Source of the DNA: Isurus oxyrinchus
Taxonomy: Eukaryota
Assembly (NCBI GenBank): GCA_026770705.1
Contig: JANJGN010000008.1
Coordinates: 158,658,001-158,722,000 of the forward strand
Direction: 5' to 3'
DNA: 64,000 bases
The notes under the pieces are model-generated. The model did no database searches. It was not told the origin of the DNA and worked only from the letters and a program-made list of their open reading frames with translations. Numbering within the stretch: position 1 is the first letter of the stretch; every line of letters begins with the position of its first letter. Position numbers and translations under genes: made by a program. This document shows, in pieces, positions 23,401 to 36,590 of this stretch.

Positions 23401-25789
23401 GGAAAAGCGCCAACTAATTCTTAGTTGGGACTTATTTCTGTTATTTGGTACTTTCCAGACCCCAACCCTTGGGCGAGTTAGATGGAACAAAATGTACCGG
23501 TTCCCTTTTTAAATTTCTGTAACAGTTCTTCCCAACAAAGTCACATCTCAGTGCTGATTTGAGTGCACTGATGCTGACTTTGATGTGTTGATGAATAAAA
23601 CTGGTCTCAAATGGAATGATTAGGAAAAAGGAAACACAGGATAACTTGAAAGAAAATACAATAAAAAGATTTGAGAAACGAGGGCAGTTTAGTTTGGCCC
23701 TTTCATATCTTTTGAAACCTTCAGAATCCACATTCAATCATCTACAATTCAAAATAAAAATGCTCCCTTTCTAATGTGAAAGATCTGAGCTGCATGCAGC
23801 GCTTAATGTATTCTCTGAACAGAAATAAAATAAAATATATTGGTGTGTTTACATTGGTGCAGAAAGATTCTTGCAGCTCTCCAAGGGCTATGAGAAAAAA
23901 AAGTTGCCAGAGTGCGTAGGAGAGAGATATGGCTAAGTGCACAGCAGCTGATTAAATCAAGAAGTTTTTTTTAAAAAAAAATATTTATTTGGAGAAAATC
24001 CGCTGTTTATCTGTGCTTGTTAGCATGTGAAAGGGTTTGGCAAATCCCTCTGGCCTTGGACAGGATTCTAACCGACTCAGGGTTAATGAAGTGACGGACA
24101 GAGTCTCTCTGAGACTCGTAGAACAAAAAAGCAGCACAACAAAACGAGAGGATTCTGCAAGGATTGACTTAAACCCAGGGGATGATGAGAGGTTTCATCT
24201 AATCTCATTGCTTAATAATGAAATCAAATAAGGGCACAACAAAGTTTTTAAAAATAAATTTATAACCTATCAAACCCCATCTTAAAGAATAAAAACAAAA
24301 CTCTCCAGTAGATGAGGTTTACAACTAACCTATAATTAAAATCCGAAGATTAATTTGTTTTTTTTGTTTTGAGTTACAAAACTAACAGCTTTCAAAAATA
24401 TATAATGTATACAACTTAGAAATGACTGAACACCAGCCCAGCCAGACAGTCCAGATGAGTTTGAAAATCTTCCAAGAAAAACTAAAATCACTATTAAAAG
24501 GTCATAAAAGGACAGAACTTTGAAAAACTAAGGTTCAAAACTGGTCAACAACTGAAACAGCTGAAAATATTTCCAATTTCTTTCTTTTTAAACTGTCTTA
24601 GTTGCTGATAATATTTGCTTCAATTAAAGACATTTTGGTTTTAATAAAACTATGAAGTTATGGCATTGCATTAAACATGAAAGTCTTTTGATATCAAAAT
24701 TCCATGAAATTCCTATTTTAAAATTAATGTTTATTCCTTTAATTTTTAATAAATTTCAATCCCAACCTTTCATATAGTCTCTCTGCTCATTTTGAAATAT
24801 CATAACAGGCACTGATTCTACCTTTGAATTCAGACCACAATTAGTTAACATAATTGATAGTATTCTAGGTTACGGTAGGTCTTTAGGCTGGATTATAAGT
24901 ATTGTCAAAGGTGTCTTCAGACTTCCTGAGGTGTATTCAGATGTAGGTGAAACATATTGTACGGCTGGGCTTGCAAGTAGGGAACTAATACAGTCCAAAC
25001 CTTGGGTGTAAGTCATCATCTGATGTTCAATGCAAGCCCTCGTACTACAAGGCAGTGACCTACAACATGAGTGTTCTGGAACGTGCAGGAAATCAAAACT
25101 ATGCAACGCATACATCAGATTTGATACACCCAAGACCTAGCGATCTGATTATTCAGCTTGTTAGCTTCCTGGATTAGTCACCTATTCATTAGCAAGTGGA
25201 CATGGTGAATTTTGTTATTCTTTACTATAGCTGCAGTACTCAAAATTGCACCTGTGATTATGTTCCACTTTTCTGAACATCAATCTTCCTTGTCTAATTT
25301 AGAACTGTTTGTGGGGATGTAGAACATTGCTCCTCTTAGTTTTGGTGTCTGGGTTTGTACCCCTAGCAGATAGATCTTTTTTTCTCAGGTGCAGGAAGCA
25401 GAATACTTCAAAATGGTGGAATACTAATGTTATGTCTTCAGGATCTGGGTTTATATCTGATTTGGGAGGGGTCTGGAAATGTCCTTGCTCCAAGAGCTAT
25501 AAAGCATCATACGTGAATTTAATTGAAATCCATTTAATTCAAGTCCATTTTCTTCACCTCCATGCAAATAAGTTAAAGCAACTTTTAAAAATCTCCTAAA
25601 ACAAATAATTCCAACAGACACTGCCAGGCAGTTTTCTCTGCCCTTTGGTTCTGGACTGAGATTCAGGACAGTGATGATTCTGGAATTTGCTTGACCCAAT
25701 TCAGTGCTGTTCACTTCATTTTGACGTCACTTGACCTGGGTTAATAGCACCACGTTTGATGATGTGTCCCTGGATGTTTGTTGCTCGCT

Positions 25790-25940
25790 TCAGATGTTTT
25801 CTGACTGTGGTCTGCGACTTCTTAAGGGTTTTCGCTGTTTCTTTACCTTATAAAAATTTGCTCTAAATCCATGTGAATATTCAGACCGTAGCATTGAAGC
25901 CACCTGGCTCCGAGCAAACAGATGTCCACCTAAGCCGGAC
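25790..25940 (-). CDS. DDX31: DEAD-box helicase 31, last coding exon
   Basis: cctttctcag|(R)SGLGGHLFARSQVASMLRSEYSHGFRANFYKVKKQRKPLRSRRPQSENI*. LRSEYSxG and KVKKQ match the human DDX31 C-terminus. Phase 2 joins the 42712 donor. Confidence 0.88.
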
Positions 25941-28900
25941 CTGAGAAAGGAAGACAAAAATTGAAAGGAGCAGTTGTTTAGTACAAGTGTCATGAGTGAG
26001 CTTAGACACTAAAATACTAAAGACATAAGGCTATTTCTGTGCAGCATTACATAAACAAATCTGGATTATATGGAGATTCTCTCCATGCCCAGAGCTCTCT
26101 ACAGTAGCATCAATTCAAACTATCTCAATATTATACAATGTTGATATGCATAAATTCTACATCTGGTGCAAAAATACAGCAGCAAATATTTATGCTATAA
26201 AATTGTTGTAATGCAGACATGTATATCAACATACCATAAAATGTACCCAGAGCTCCAGTCCTGTTCCCGCATTAAATATTTATCAATAACCACCTTAAAA
26301 GATTAGAAAAAGACAATTCTGCAATTCTATATTTAGCTCATAAAAGGAGACGTGAATATTGGTGGAACAAATTTCTGGGCAGAATTTTCAAATTAAAAAA
26401 GTTTAGTGTGGAACACAAGAATTCACTTGCATCCATTATTTATCTATCTTAAATACATTTGGGAGATCTTTTTTTCAAAAAAAAAAACGAGAAAGCAGTA
26501 CAAGCTTTGGAAACAAGGGGCATAATAGAGACTGAATGAGAGAGAACGCAATGTAATAGGCACTCCAGTCTGGAACTTAAGAAAAAAGTTTATTTTCTAT
26601 TTGGTGATGATTCCTTGAAATGCAGATGCACCATGGGTTATATGCATTGTAGGGGATATGCATTGTCTCCTGTGAATCATTTGTCTTGTACAGTACCTAC
26701 TGTTTTTTTAATTTTATTATAGGAAAGTAGTTGTGTGTGAAATGTTACATACTATGTATTTCAAAGGGACTGTTTGTGATCCAAGCAACACCCAATCTAG
26801 TTTAATATGTTATAAAGAGTATAACTGGAAATCACTGTTTCAGAACAGATTTGTTGCTCTTGTATATTTCTAGCTGCCATATTTTTATACTTTTTAAACT
26901 GATAAGATTCACAATATCAACTTGCGTTTTCTATGCCCAAAGAGAAATGCCCACTAAAGCAAATCAGCTGCAATTGTGCAGGAACACTGTTACACAGCAA
27001 GGATTCCACATTCCCTTAAACATTCTGGCTACTGAGCTGACAAATAAAAGGCGAGTACTTGATCAATAGTTACCCTGATCAGCCAGAGGGAAAGAATGAT
27101 GTCGGAAGGGCTTAGCTCTCTGACCCATCTCAGCGAATCATCAGAGGAAAAATCCTTTTTTTTTTTTACACATTCAAAGAGATGGGATTCCTTTAGTGCT
27201 GACCCCTCCATACTGTGTTCCAGAGAACAACATTAGGGGACATCCAACATTGGATATTACTGAAATATTGAAACATTTGTCAGATATGGAAAAGGACCCT
27301 ACAGGGACAAACATCCAGTTTAAGCAGCTGGAGAACACATCCCATAACTAAAACATCCTCTATCCACAGTGATTGTCTCCTATAGGATGCTGTGTTGTAT
27401 CTTGAAACAGAAGTAAAATTGTTAACCAGCTTTATTACATCTTAAAATTTACACAATACTCTAAAAAAATGTACAGCTCTTAATCAGGACTTTCTCACAT
27501 TCCTACTCTTGTCGAGTCCGTGCACTAAATTGACACCTGTACACCTCAGTCACACTCCAGAAATTTTCTTTTCCCCTGAATGTAACACCACTGTCAACAG
27601 ACCCTTATTATCACTGCACAGAATGTATACTCCTACAGACAAGTTCACTCTGCATGCAATGAGATAAAGTGTTGCACAAAACACAGCATTTCAGCAGCAG
27701 CCTGTGTAGGAACCATGGACACTCTGCCCCAGTCAATTCTAACAGCTAAGGGAATCCCTGGTACGGTGTACCACTGCCCATTTGATTGGGCTTAGGTGGT
27801 CACGCATACTACCACCTTCTGTTTCTTTTTAACTAGTATGCAAATAATTTACACAGAAAACCTGACAAAGTCACTTTCATACAGCATCTCATGCAGGGGT
27901 GATAGAAATATACAAGACAACAGCACTTGAATGCATCTTGTGTACTTTTTCATTTTAAACAAAACATGAAAATATACCTAATATGTATCTTGATGTGGCT
28001 TAAGTGAGAGTTCTTTTACAGGCCTGTGTTGTTCATCTTGTATATTGAGAAACAGTCCAGATGACAGGCGGGTTAATGATTGGTTGTTTAATCACCTTAT
28101 TAAAAAGGTTCAGGTCAGTAATTGCTGGCTGCAACAGTGAAGAGCACAAACAGGCCTCATCAAATTCATGCACACATACCTATAATTAGGCTATGGACTT
28201 CTGTGATAACCTGGCCATAAGCACTGCACTACAGCCAAGCAGGGGAGAGGAGAAAATCTTTAAGTGGGTAACAAATTATACACCTTATTCAAGTTCTGTA
28301 TTAGAGAGATTTGTAATACAATCACTGGCAGTCTACGATAGGCAATTCTGAATTTGTCTCACTTCCACAATTTTGAGGGTCTTGTGGATTGCCATCAGGT
28401 TTCCAGTAAAACCTGAAAAGTTTTTAGCCAATGGGAATTATGAGTCTCCAGGTGGAGTAGCAGAAATAAAATTAAATAGGGAATGTGGTAGTGGGAGCCA
28501 CTCTCCACTTCAATGCTACTCGTTGCTAGGCAAGCCATAGAGGGACTGACTGAGGACCCATTTGTTCAATTAGACAGTCATAGATGAACAAGTTGACCAG
28601 TATTTTTTGTTGCATCAGATACACGGGAGGACAGTTGGCTATTAATTGTCATTAATTGGTGGAAGGAAGACGACTCTCCCCAACACTCCATCAGTCTCAT
28701 TACTCAACTGGTTGCATGATAATAAAAGGATATTAGGAGATGAAACTCTGTAAAGAGTCCCCATTAACTGTAAAAACATTCCAGACAGCTTGTAATGATA
28801 ACATACTCCCTAATCTAAAGCAAAACAAAACGCAGCCTCTAGAGGAAAAAACTCTCAGTGCATGAAGACAATGATTAACATACTATGTAACTCATGTTTT

Positions 28901-31900
28901 CCCCCTTCCCCAATACAGCTTCATGTAGTTAAACTATTCACCAAGGGCAATCAACTCCAACGATTTCTGGACCTCCCAGGGGATGCCTTTGAATAGTGTC
29001 TTAAGGGCAACCTTGGGCAATTCTGCCCTCTTCACTGATGATTCATTTAAGAATTGTGGCATAGATACTCCAGAGGAAACCGCTAGTCTTCAACATTAAC
29101 CTGCCCACTGCCTTAATATTAATTAGAAGCTTTAAGGATTTTATTTTCTGCCATTGAGGCTACTGCAATTTGTGAAGCTGAGTCAGGGAAGGGAGCAAAA
29201 GTTTTGAGGATCTACAAGGTATTACATGAGGACAATCTACTAAAAAGGAAAGGCCCAACAGCTTCTCCTGTTCTGAGATTTTTTTATGTCCTCTAACAGC
29301 ATAAATCTAGGTTTGAACAACAAGCTCAGGAGCAGCATTAACCTAACTTTCAGTTTGCACTTAATTGTTTGTTTTTCAATCAAAATTGCATTTACAGCTG
29401 ACCTTCTGTGAGTGAAATGCATAGGAACAAAATTAACTCAGCAAGAATTTTTACAGAGTTATAAAATCGTAATGAATATAAAACCCTAACACAACTCTCT
29501 CTAGACCTGCTGTACCTCTTCATTCAGTTGGCTCCCGCTCTATCAAAACTCTTATGCTGGCCAAACTTTACAACGGTAGATGACAGTTCATGGTAATGGC
29601 ATAGAGTCCGATGCATTAGTAGTTGGTAAAATAAAGGTCAACTCAGATACTGTTTCATTATGACAGGGTAAATGGCACATGAACATTTTTCACTGCAGTT
29701 GGTCAATGGAAGGGTTAAAACGTACACAACTTCTCATGAAAATTGAGTTCCAGTTTCATTTCGAAAATACACTGCACAAAATGGAGGTCTTAGCATGTAA
29801 TATGAATGAATATGGACTTAGACTGTCCACATTTATCATGATGTGACAGTGAGAGGCAAGAGGAATGGAGTAAGTAAATAGAACGCAACCTGAACTATAA
29901 TCTGATAACTCAAAAATGTTACAGGGAGCAGTACAGGGAACCAAGCAGAAATAATAAAATCACATATTACTTTGTGCCACTATCGTGATGCTGGAAATCC
30001 CCCTGTGTGGACTTTAGACCTCTGACATACGTCAGTAAATGCAGGCAATCTACTGAGGTACACTGAACATTTTTTTTAAAAATAGGATAACAATAATTAT
30101 TGTACATACTTTCCTTCCCCGCATCCTGATCCCAAACCCTAATTTTTACATTGTGGTTCAAGATCCCAATCTGAAAGTGGGAACCACACTGAAAAACAAT
30201 TCCCCACTGACTCTCTGAAAATAGCCTCTAATTTATCAGCTAATCAAGGTCTAGAGGTATTTGGACAACCAGGTCAATACTTTAGCACTTCACAATTTTA
30301 CATCAATTTGTGTCCAGACACTCCCATTTCAAGATATGATGTATTTTCCTCACACTTTTTGATTGGTCATCTCTTGCTGAGCAGGCACATAGGTGATGTA
30401 CTTATATCCTAACAATGCTATACTGCAACTAGGCACTAGGAAGTGCTCAAGTCCACCAAGAGGGCTTGTTCCCAGATTCCACTCCTCCTCTCATCTCAAA
30501 ATGCATCAGCTATCTTCCCAAAAGCACAGGAAATACAGGCACGATGATCAGTAATTTGACAAGTGAATGGTCTGTGTTTTTCCATTCTGCAGAGGACCAC
30601 ACCATTTTACACCTCACACCTACTCACAGTAGATGGACAAACACAACTGGAAAGCAAATAACGCTACATCATATCTTTATAATTCAAACACGATCTAAGC
30701 AAAGTGCTATCCAAACACATTAATACCAAGCTGACAATGCCCAGAGCAGATTCAGACCATATAATAGCACATTCGAATTGTTCTTTCACTCACAAGAAAG
30801 GTCTACACAGTTCACTCATGGGAGGGGATTCATTGACATTTCATAGAAGCAAAATGTTTCAGTGTATGGTTGATGAGCTCTCTCCCCAGTGGATTCTTTG
30901 TCTGCAAAATCCTTTTTCCAAAGCCATACTTGAGAGAGCAATGACAAGACACCAGCACAACAGAATATTCCGCATTAATCTGGTTAGAAATTTTGCTCAG
31001 AACAGAAATAGTTACCAGTCCTCAAAGGGTTAAAGCCAACAGCAAACTGTGTAATCCTGTGATACACTGCTGTCCCTCGTCACGGAGCATCCTACTGCAC
31101 TAACGACAGTCAGTGCATTATTACTGAGGATCAAAGCCCCCAACCCTGTCTCACATGCTCTTTATCAGCTAATCACTCTATTCATCTCTGAATAATCACT
31201 CTGCTAAATCCTCTCCCTATCTCCCAGCACATGGGTATTTGATTCCTGATGGCCATCTGCCGGTAAGGGTCAAGCAGCAGAGTCGAGCCTCTTGTCCCCA
31301 GTGGTTTCTCTAGGGAAGTCTGGTCCCTGTCAGCGCTTTCTCCTCAGCATTACAGACACATTAGTGGATGGCTGCAAATGAGTTAAAAGACAATTAGTGA
31401 ATCAAGGTGATGTCACCTTCTAAGATTGGTGAATCTGCATTTAAATAATTTGTTGCCATCATTGCAATCAACCCAATAGTATTAGTTTGTTTTTTAATTG
31501 CTTATTTACTTTCATGGTAAGTCATTTAAGTAAACACAGTATCAGTGATGTAACATGTACCTACAAGCAATTTAATGGTTCAAGTGGATAGAAAGATACT
31601 GTCAGACTACTTCTTACAGTGGACTTTAATAGTTTGGTTACATGTTTGTATGAAATTCTTCTATTTGCTGTTTACAGATCCTTTAACCGACATGTTACAA
31701 ATGCAGCACAGCAGAATTTCATTCAGTGTTACCACATTGTTGCAAAACTGGAAGTCCTCATCTTCCTCAGTCTCACTTTCCTCCCACAGTCTAAAAGCTT
31801 TTAAAACCAAACCTTATCATGTTGCTTCACCATTTATTGATTAATCTCATTTCTTCTCCTATTCCTCTTGCTCTGATGGTGTCCTGCCCATGGGTCTTGG

Positions 31901-33894
31901 ACCTTTGCCCAAGTCTCTGGATTAAAATAAAATTCTCTCAATTTTGCCAATTCTTACCTTTAAGAAGTACTTAATGGATGCCAAATCCTTGTGATCAGAA
32001 TACAAAAGAAACATCAATGCCCATAATCAGAATTATCTAAAGGTTGCTTCCTTAACTGAGAATGAGAATCAGGAGTTACCCTGAATGCACCAGGAATCAC
32101 AACAGCCAAACAACTTTCTAGGGTATTGTATCTTTTTGTTTTAAACCACCATCACTAAGTGTCAGTAACATAATCATTCTATAAATATATGTACAAGTGA
32201 CAGTGAAAGACTGAGTATGAATACTGCACACTTCGTTTAAAAAAAAGTTCCCATATCAAATTTCTAAGGGCACAATGCTAAAATCTGCTAAATTGCTGAA
32301 AATTCTAATTCCTTCCTATGGTTAACAACAGGACTTGTTTGTAACTTAGGAAAATATTGTCTTATTTGTGAACAACACATACAGTGCCTTAGTATGAGAA
32401 AAGTGAAAAGCCAATTGGGAGTGCAGAACTTTCTCAGAATCTATGGATCCCTCATTCTTGTAAAACAAAAAGTAGCAGACCATTACCAAAGCAAAATACA
32501 ACTGCTGCCTCACTCTTCCACGCTTTAATGTTCAAATGGGATTATGGGATAACTGGATAGTATGAGCTGCCGTGTCTGCCATGGCTGTCATCAATACTGC
32601 TTTTATGATGGACAGATGAGAGGCATGTTTCCCCAGTGGCGCTGGGCACTCCTTCGTCAAAAGGTCGAGGCAAAAAAACTGCTACAACTTATCCAATGCA
32701 GTCAAAACAAAATCCATCTCCGATTCAGATTTGAACTCTGGAGGTGCAGTTATGGTGAGTTCGGTGTGAATTGCAATTTTAAAACAAAACAGAACACTTT
32801 GCCCAAAATACGAGAGATATAAAGGAATGATGCATTATACAATGTAAGGTAGAATCCTAATAATTGTGAATTATTTAGCAGCTGCTTGTAGTTGCAGTTG
32901 GTTTAATTTTTTGCTGAATGGAAAGGAACTCTATTTATTGTGTGCAACACAAATGCTGAGGGCCTGTATTAAGCTGGCCACAGACAGAATGCTTTCTTTG
33001 TACAAATTTCCTAGCAAAAGAGATTTTATACAGCAGATACTAGAAGTTTTCTTTGTATTTACAGAAAGCAAAGTAAGTTGTCTTGATATGCTGTCAATAA
33101 ATCTAGGCCCCTAAACTGCTGCCAACAGTCAAAGCACAAACAGACACAAAACTCAAAGAATGGCAGCTACATGAGAGAAAGATTCCCCACTGTTTCTGTT
33201 GTAAGGATTATAGAATAACCCCTCAGGGATCCCTGCAACAGAGGGTGCACCATTCACAAACAGACAGCAGCATGAGGCGCTAAATACAATCTGATCAGCT
33301 GAATGGGAGCCAGTTAGTCGCTTAGACTGCGAGCAACTACCCTAAGCCACATTTGGTTTGTTCTCGCCATCTATTTTTGATCGCTGATTTCTCTGTCTTG
33401 CAGGTCATTCACCATGAGCTCTTCTCTGATTTATGCAATCTGCATAATCATTTAAACACTGCTCTATATCAGCCAGCAGGAGGTGCAATTCAACTGAGGC
33501 AGTTTGTACTGTAGCAGGCAAATCAAGAATTATGAAATGCCCCAAGTGGAGGTTAAGAGACTTAAGGGCTATACAATGCTGAAATTATAAACTGTTTGTT
33601 ACCTCAGTGCTGGGTGGCAGTCACTATACTGCTCATGTTACCAGATAGTTGAACATTAAACGTAACAAAGACCATTAGGTAGATATTAAACTGAAAATGT
33701 TATAACATGGGAGTGCAGCTCAAGACCAGTTGCTTGATTCTAAAGAATCCACTCCTTAGTGTCTGATATTTATAATGTTATGTGGTATTGTGGCAAAGTG
33801 AAGGACAGAAACTTATCGATAAGCAAATAAGCTTAAGAAAAAAGATGTCGAGCAGCTGGTTCACAAATGCATTGGGAAAGTCACATATCCTCTC

Positions 33895-34990
33895 ACACAA
33901 GCTATAGAACAGAAAGATGTGATTCAGCCCATCAAGTTCGCACTGTTGAGTTTCTCATTTAATCAGAGTCTCCTGCTTGGTTCACATTCCTTTTAATAGT
34001 CTTATTTAGCAAAAAGATAATTATCTTTTGAAGTACTAATGGACATTGCTTCAGCAACAATTTGTGACTGAGAATTCTGCATTCTTACCATCCTTTGTGA
34101 AAACAAATTTTCTCTTATCTCGCCTTAATTTAAGGTTTCAACAAAGAATTAATAACTCCCTTTTACTGTGTCAGTGAACAATGGAAACTATCACTATTTA
34201 TCTGATCAGAACCTTCTAGTCTTGACAGCTTTCTCAACTCCAATTAAAAGCCCCTAAGTTCTTAAGTCTCTCTTTATAACTTCCTCCTATCCTTGGTAAT
34301 ATCTGAATAGATACACTCTGCCTCTTCTCAATTATTTTTTATATCACATAGTAGGGTATCTAGAACAGGTCTTTTTATATTCTATGCCTCTGGTTTTTTA
34401 AAAAAGGATTCTCCAAGCCTATTCCATGGTCTCAAATACTTTACTGCTATCTTTGATAACCTGCGCAGCCAAGTCCCTCTACTCCATTATGTCATTTAAA
34501 TTCTTATCATTTAAGATTACCGTACTCCCATATTCTTACTCCCAAAATCTATTATTTCACATTTATCTACATTGAATTGTACCTGCTACCTTACTGCCCA
34601 TCTTGCCAAGATATGGTCTTCTGCTGTAGCTCTCATCATGATCTGCCATATCCCCAGAATGTACATAATCATACTGTTCCCTCAATTCCCAAGTCTAGTT
34701 AATTTATGTTTATAGCAAGCAATATTCTGTACAACACAGACCCACGTGGAACATTATTCATGTCTCCCATCCAAGAAACTTCCCTTTGTCTTTATTCTTC
34801 ATCTTCCACCCTCCAAAATCCATCTCTGCATAGAATATAACATGACACAGAAAGAGGCCACTCAGCTCGTGTTTGTGCCAACTCTTTGATATGGCCACAC
34901 TCTGCATAATTCCATCATTACTGCAAGTCTCTTATGCCAAATGCCTTTTGGAAATCGATGCAAAGCACTTCTACTGCATTTCTTTTATCT
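33895..34990 (-). mobile_element. Old degenerate CR1-type LINE fragments
   Basis: Reverse CR1 3' ends (atagaacagaaagatgtgattcagcccatcaag; catagaatataacatgacacagaaagaggcca) and RT-region remnants (cacatttatctacattgaattg, aacacagacccacgtggaac). Confidence 0.6.
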
Positions 34991-35232
34991 ATCCTCTGTT
35001 ATTTCTTCACTGTTTTTACAAGGTGACAGAAATAGATAAAGAAATTCAAAAGAATTAAACAAGAATGTTTATATAGCATTCCACTGTCCAGTTGGTTCCT
35101 TTTATATCACATCCACAAAATATCTACTTGCCCAGCCTTCAGGTTTTTAGTGCCTCTGACAGTTCTGTTCAGCTCCAAAGGCAATTCCCCTGGGTTTAAA
35201 GAAAATTCAATCTTCAGATAATTTTCTCTGAT

Positions 35233-36266
35233 AAAAGCTAAATACTGCAGATGCTGGAAATCTAGAACAAAAACAAAAATAGCTGGAAAAACTCAGCAGG
35301 TCTGACAGCATATGCGGAGAGGGATACAGTTAATATTTTGATCCTGAATGACTCTTCATCAGAAGCAAGGAAAAATAGAAGAGGTGAAATATAAGCTGGT
35401 TTAAGGGTGGGGGGGGTTTGTGTGTGTGTGTGTGTGTGTGTGGGGTGGTGGTGGTGGTGGTCGGGACAGGTAGAGTTGGATAGAGGGCCAGTGATAGGTG
35501 GAGATTGTCCTTTTGTCTATGACATCTTTTGGCAAAGAGGTGTTGACGATGGTGATATTAGCTAAGGAATGTGCTAATGGGGACATTAAAGGGTAGAAAG
35601 CAGAACAAGCAAAGGATAGATAAAAAAACTTCTGTTGAAGGGTCATGAGGACTCGAAACGTCAACTCTTTTCTTCTCCACCGATGCTGCCAGATCTGCTG
35701 AGTTTTTCCAGGCAATTCTGTTTTTGTAAAGGATAGATAGCCCGACTAGGTACTTTACAGCCTTCCAGGTTGAATATTGAGTTCAACAACTTTAGACCAT
35801 GAACTCCCTCCTCCATTTCCACTCCCTTTCCGATCCCCCTTTTGCCAATAATTTATAAATATTTTTCTTTTCCCACCTATTTCCATTATTTTTAAATGCA
35901 TTTCCATCCATTGTTTTATCTTTACCTTTTAGCCTATTTCTATGCCCCTCCCACCCCCACTAGGGCTATCTGTCCCTTGCTCGTCCTGCTTTCTACCCTC
36001 AATGTCCCCATTAGCACATTTCTTAGCTAATATCACCACCGGCAACACCTTTTTGTCCTTTTGTCTATGACATTTTTTGGCAATCTCCACCTATCGCTGG
36101 CCCTCTATCCAGCCCTACCTGTCCCACCCCCCTTAAACCAGCTTATATTTCACCTCTTTTCTATTTTTCCTTAGTTCTGATGAACTGTCATTCGGACTCG
36201 AAATGTTAACTGTATCCGTCTCCGCAGATGCTGTCAGACCTGCTGAGTTTTTCCAGGTATTTTTAT
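35233..36266 (+). mobile_element. 5'-truncated Penelope-like retroelement with inverted pseudo-LTR
   Basis: Inverted arms of ~300-390 bp. Internal ORF remnant LGTLQPSRLNIEFNNFRP* (35746-35802) resembles the C-terminus of PLE GIY-YIG ORFs. 11-bp TSD TTTTCTCTGAT at 35222-35232 and 36267-36277. Confidence 0.85.
35419..35461 (+). repeat. (TG)n(GGT)n microsatellite inside the Penelope arm
   Basis: Directly visible; absent from the opposite inverted arm. Confidence 0.9.
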
Positions 36267-36339
36267 TTTTCTCTGATGTTCTATCTCTTTACATTAGCTT
36301 GTTGACAACAATAAACCAACAATCGATAGATAGTTATAT

Positions 36340-36590
36340 ACGGATTTTAATGTAGAGAGAAGTCACAAGGTGCTTCGCAGGAGAGGTATTAGGAGGTGAG
36401 AGAAAAAGCTTGGTCAAAGAGGTGGGCTTTAAGGAATGTCAAAGCAGGATTGGGAAGTGGGGACACAGTTGGGCTTAGGGAAGGAATTCCAGAGTGTTAC
36501 TCCCAGACGATTGAAAGCATGGCCACCATGGTGAGATGAGGTGGTGAGGGAGGTGAGACGCACAAGATGCCGCAATCAGAGGAATAAATA
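36340..36590 (-). mobile_element. L2-type LINE 3' fragment
   Basis: caaggtgcttcgcagg...aaaagcttggtcaaagaggtgggctttaagga...gggaaggaattccagag is typical of reverse L2 3' ends. Confidence 0.6.

Noticed and set aside
25722-25729. Perfect CRE palindrome TGACGTCA in the DDX31 3'UTR
   Set aside because: A single 8-mer is plausible by chance in a window this size; no supporting context.
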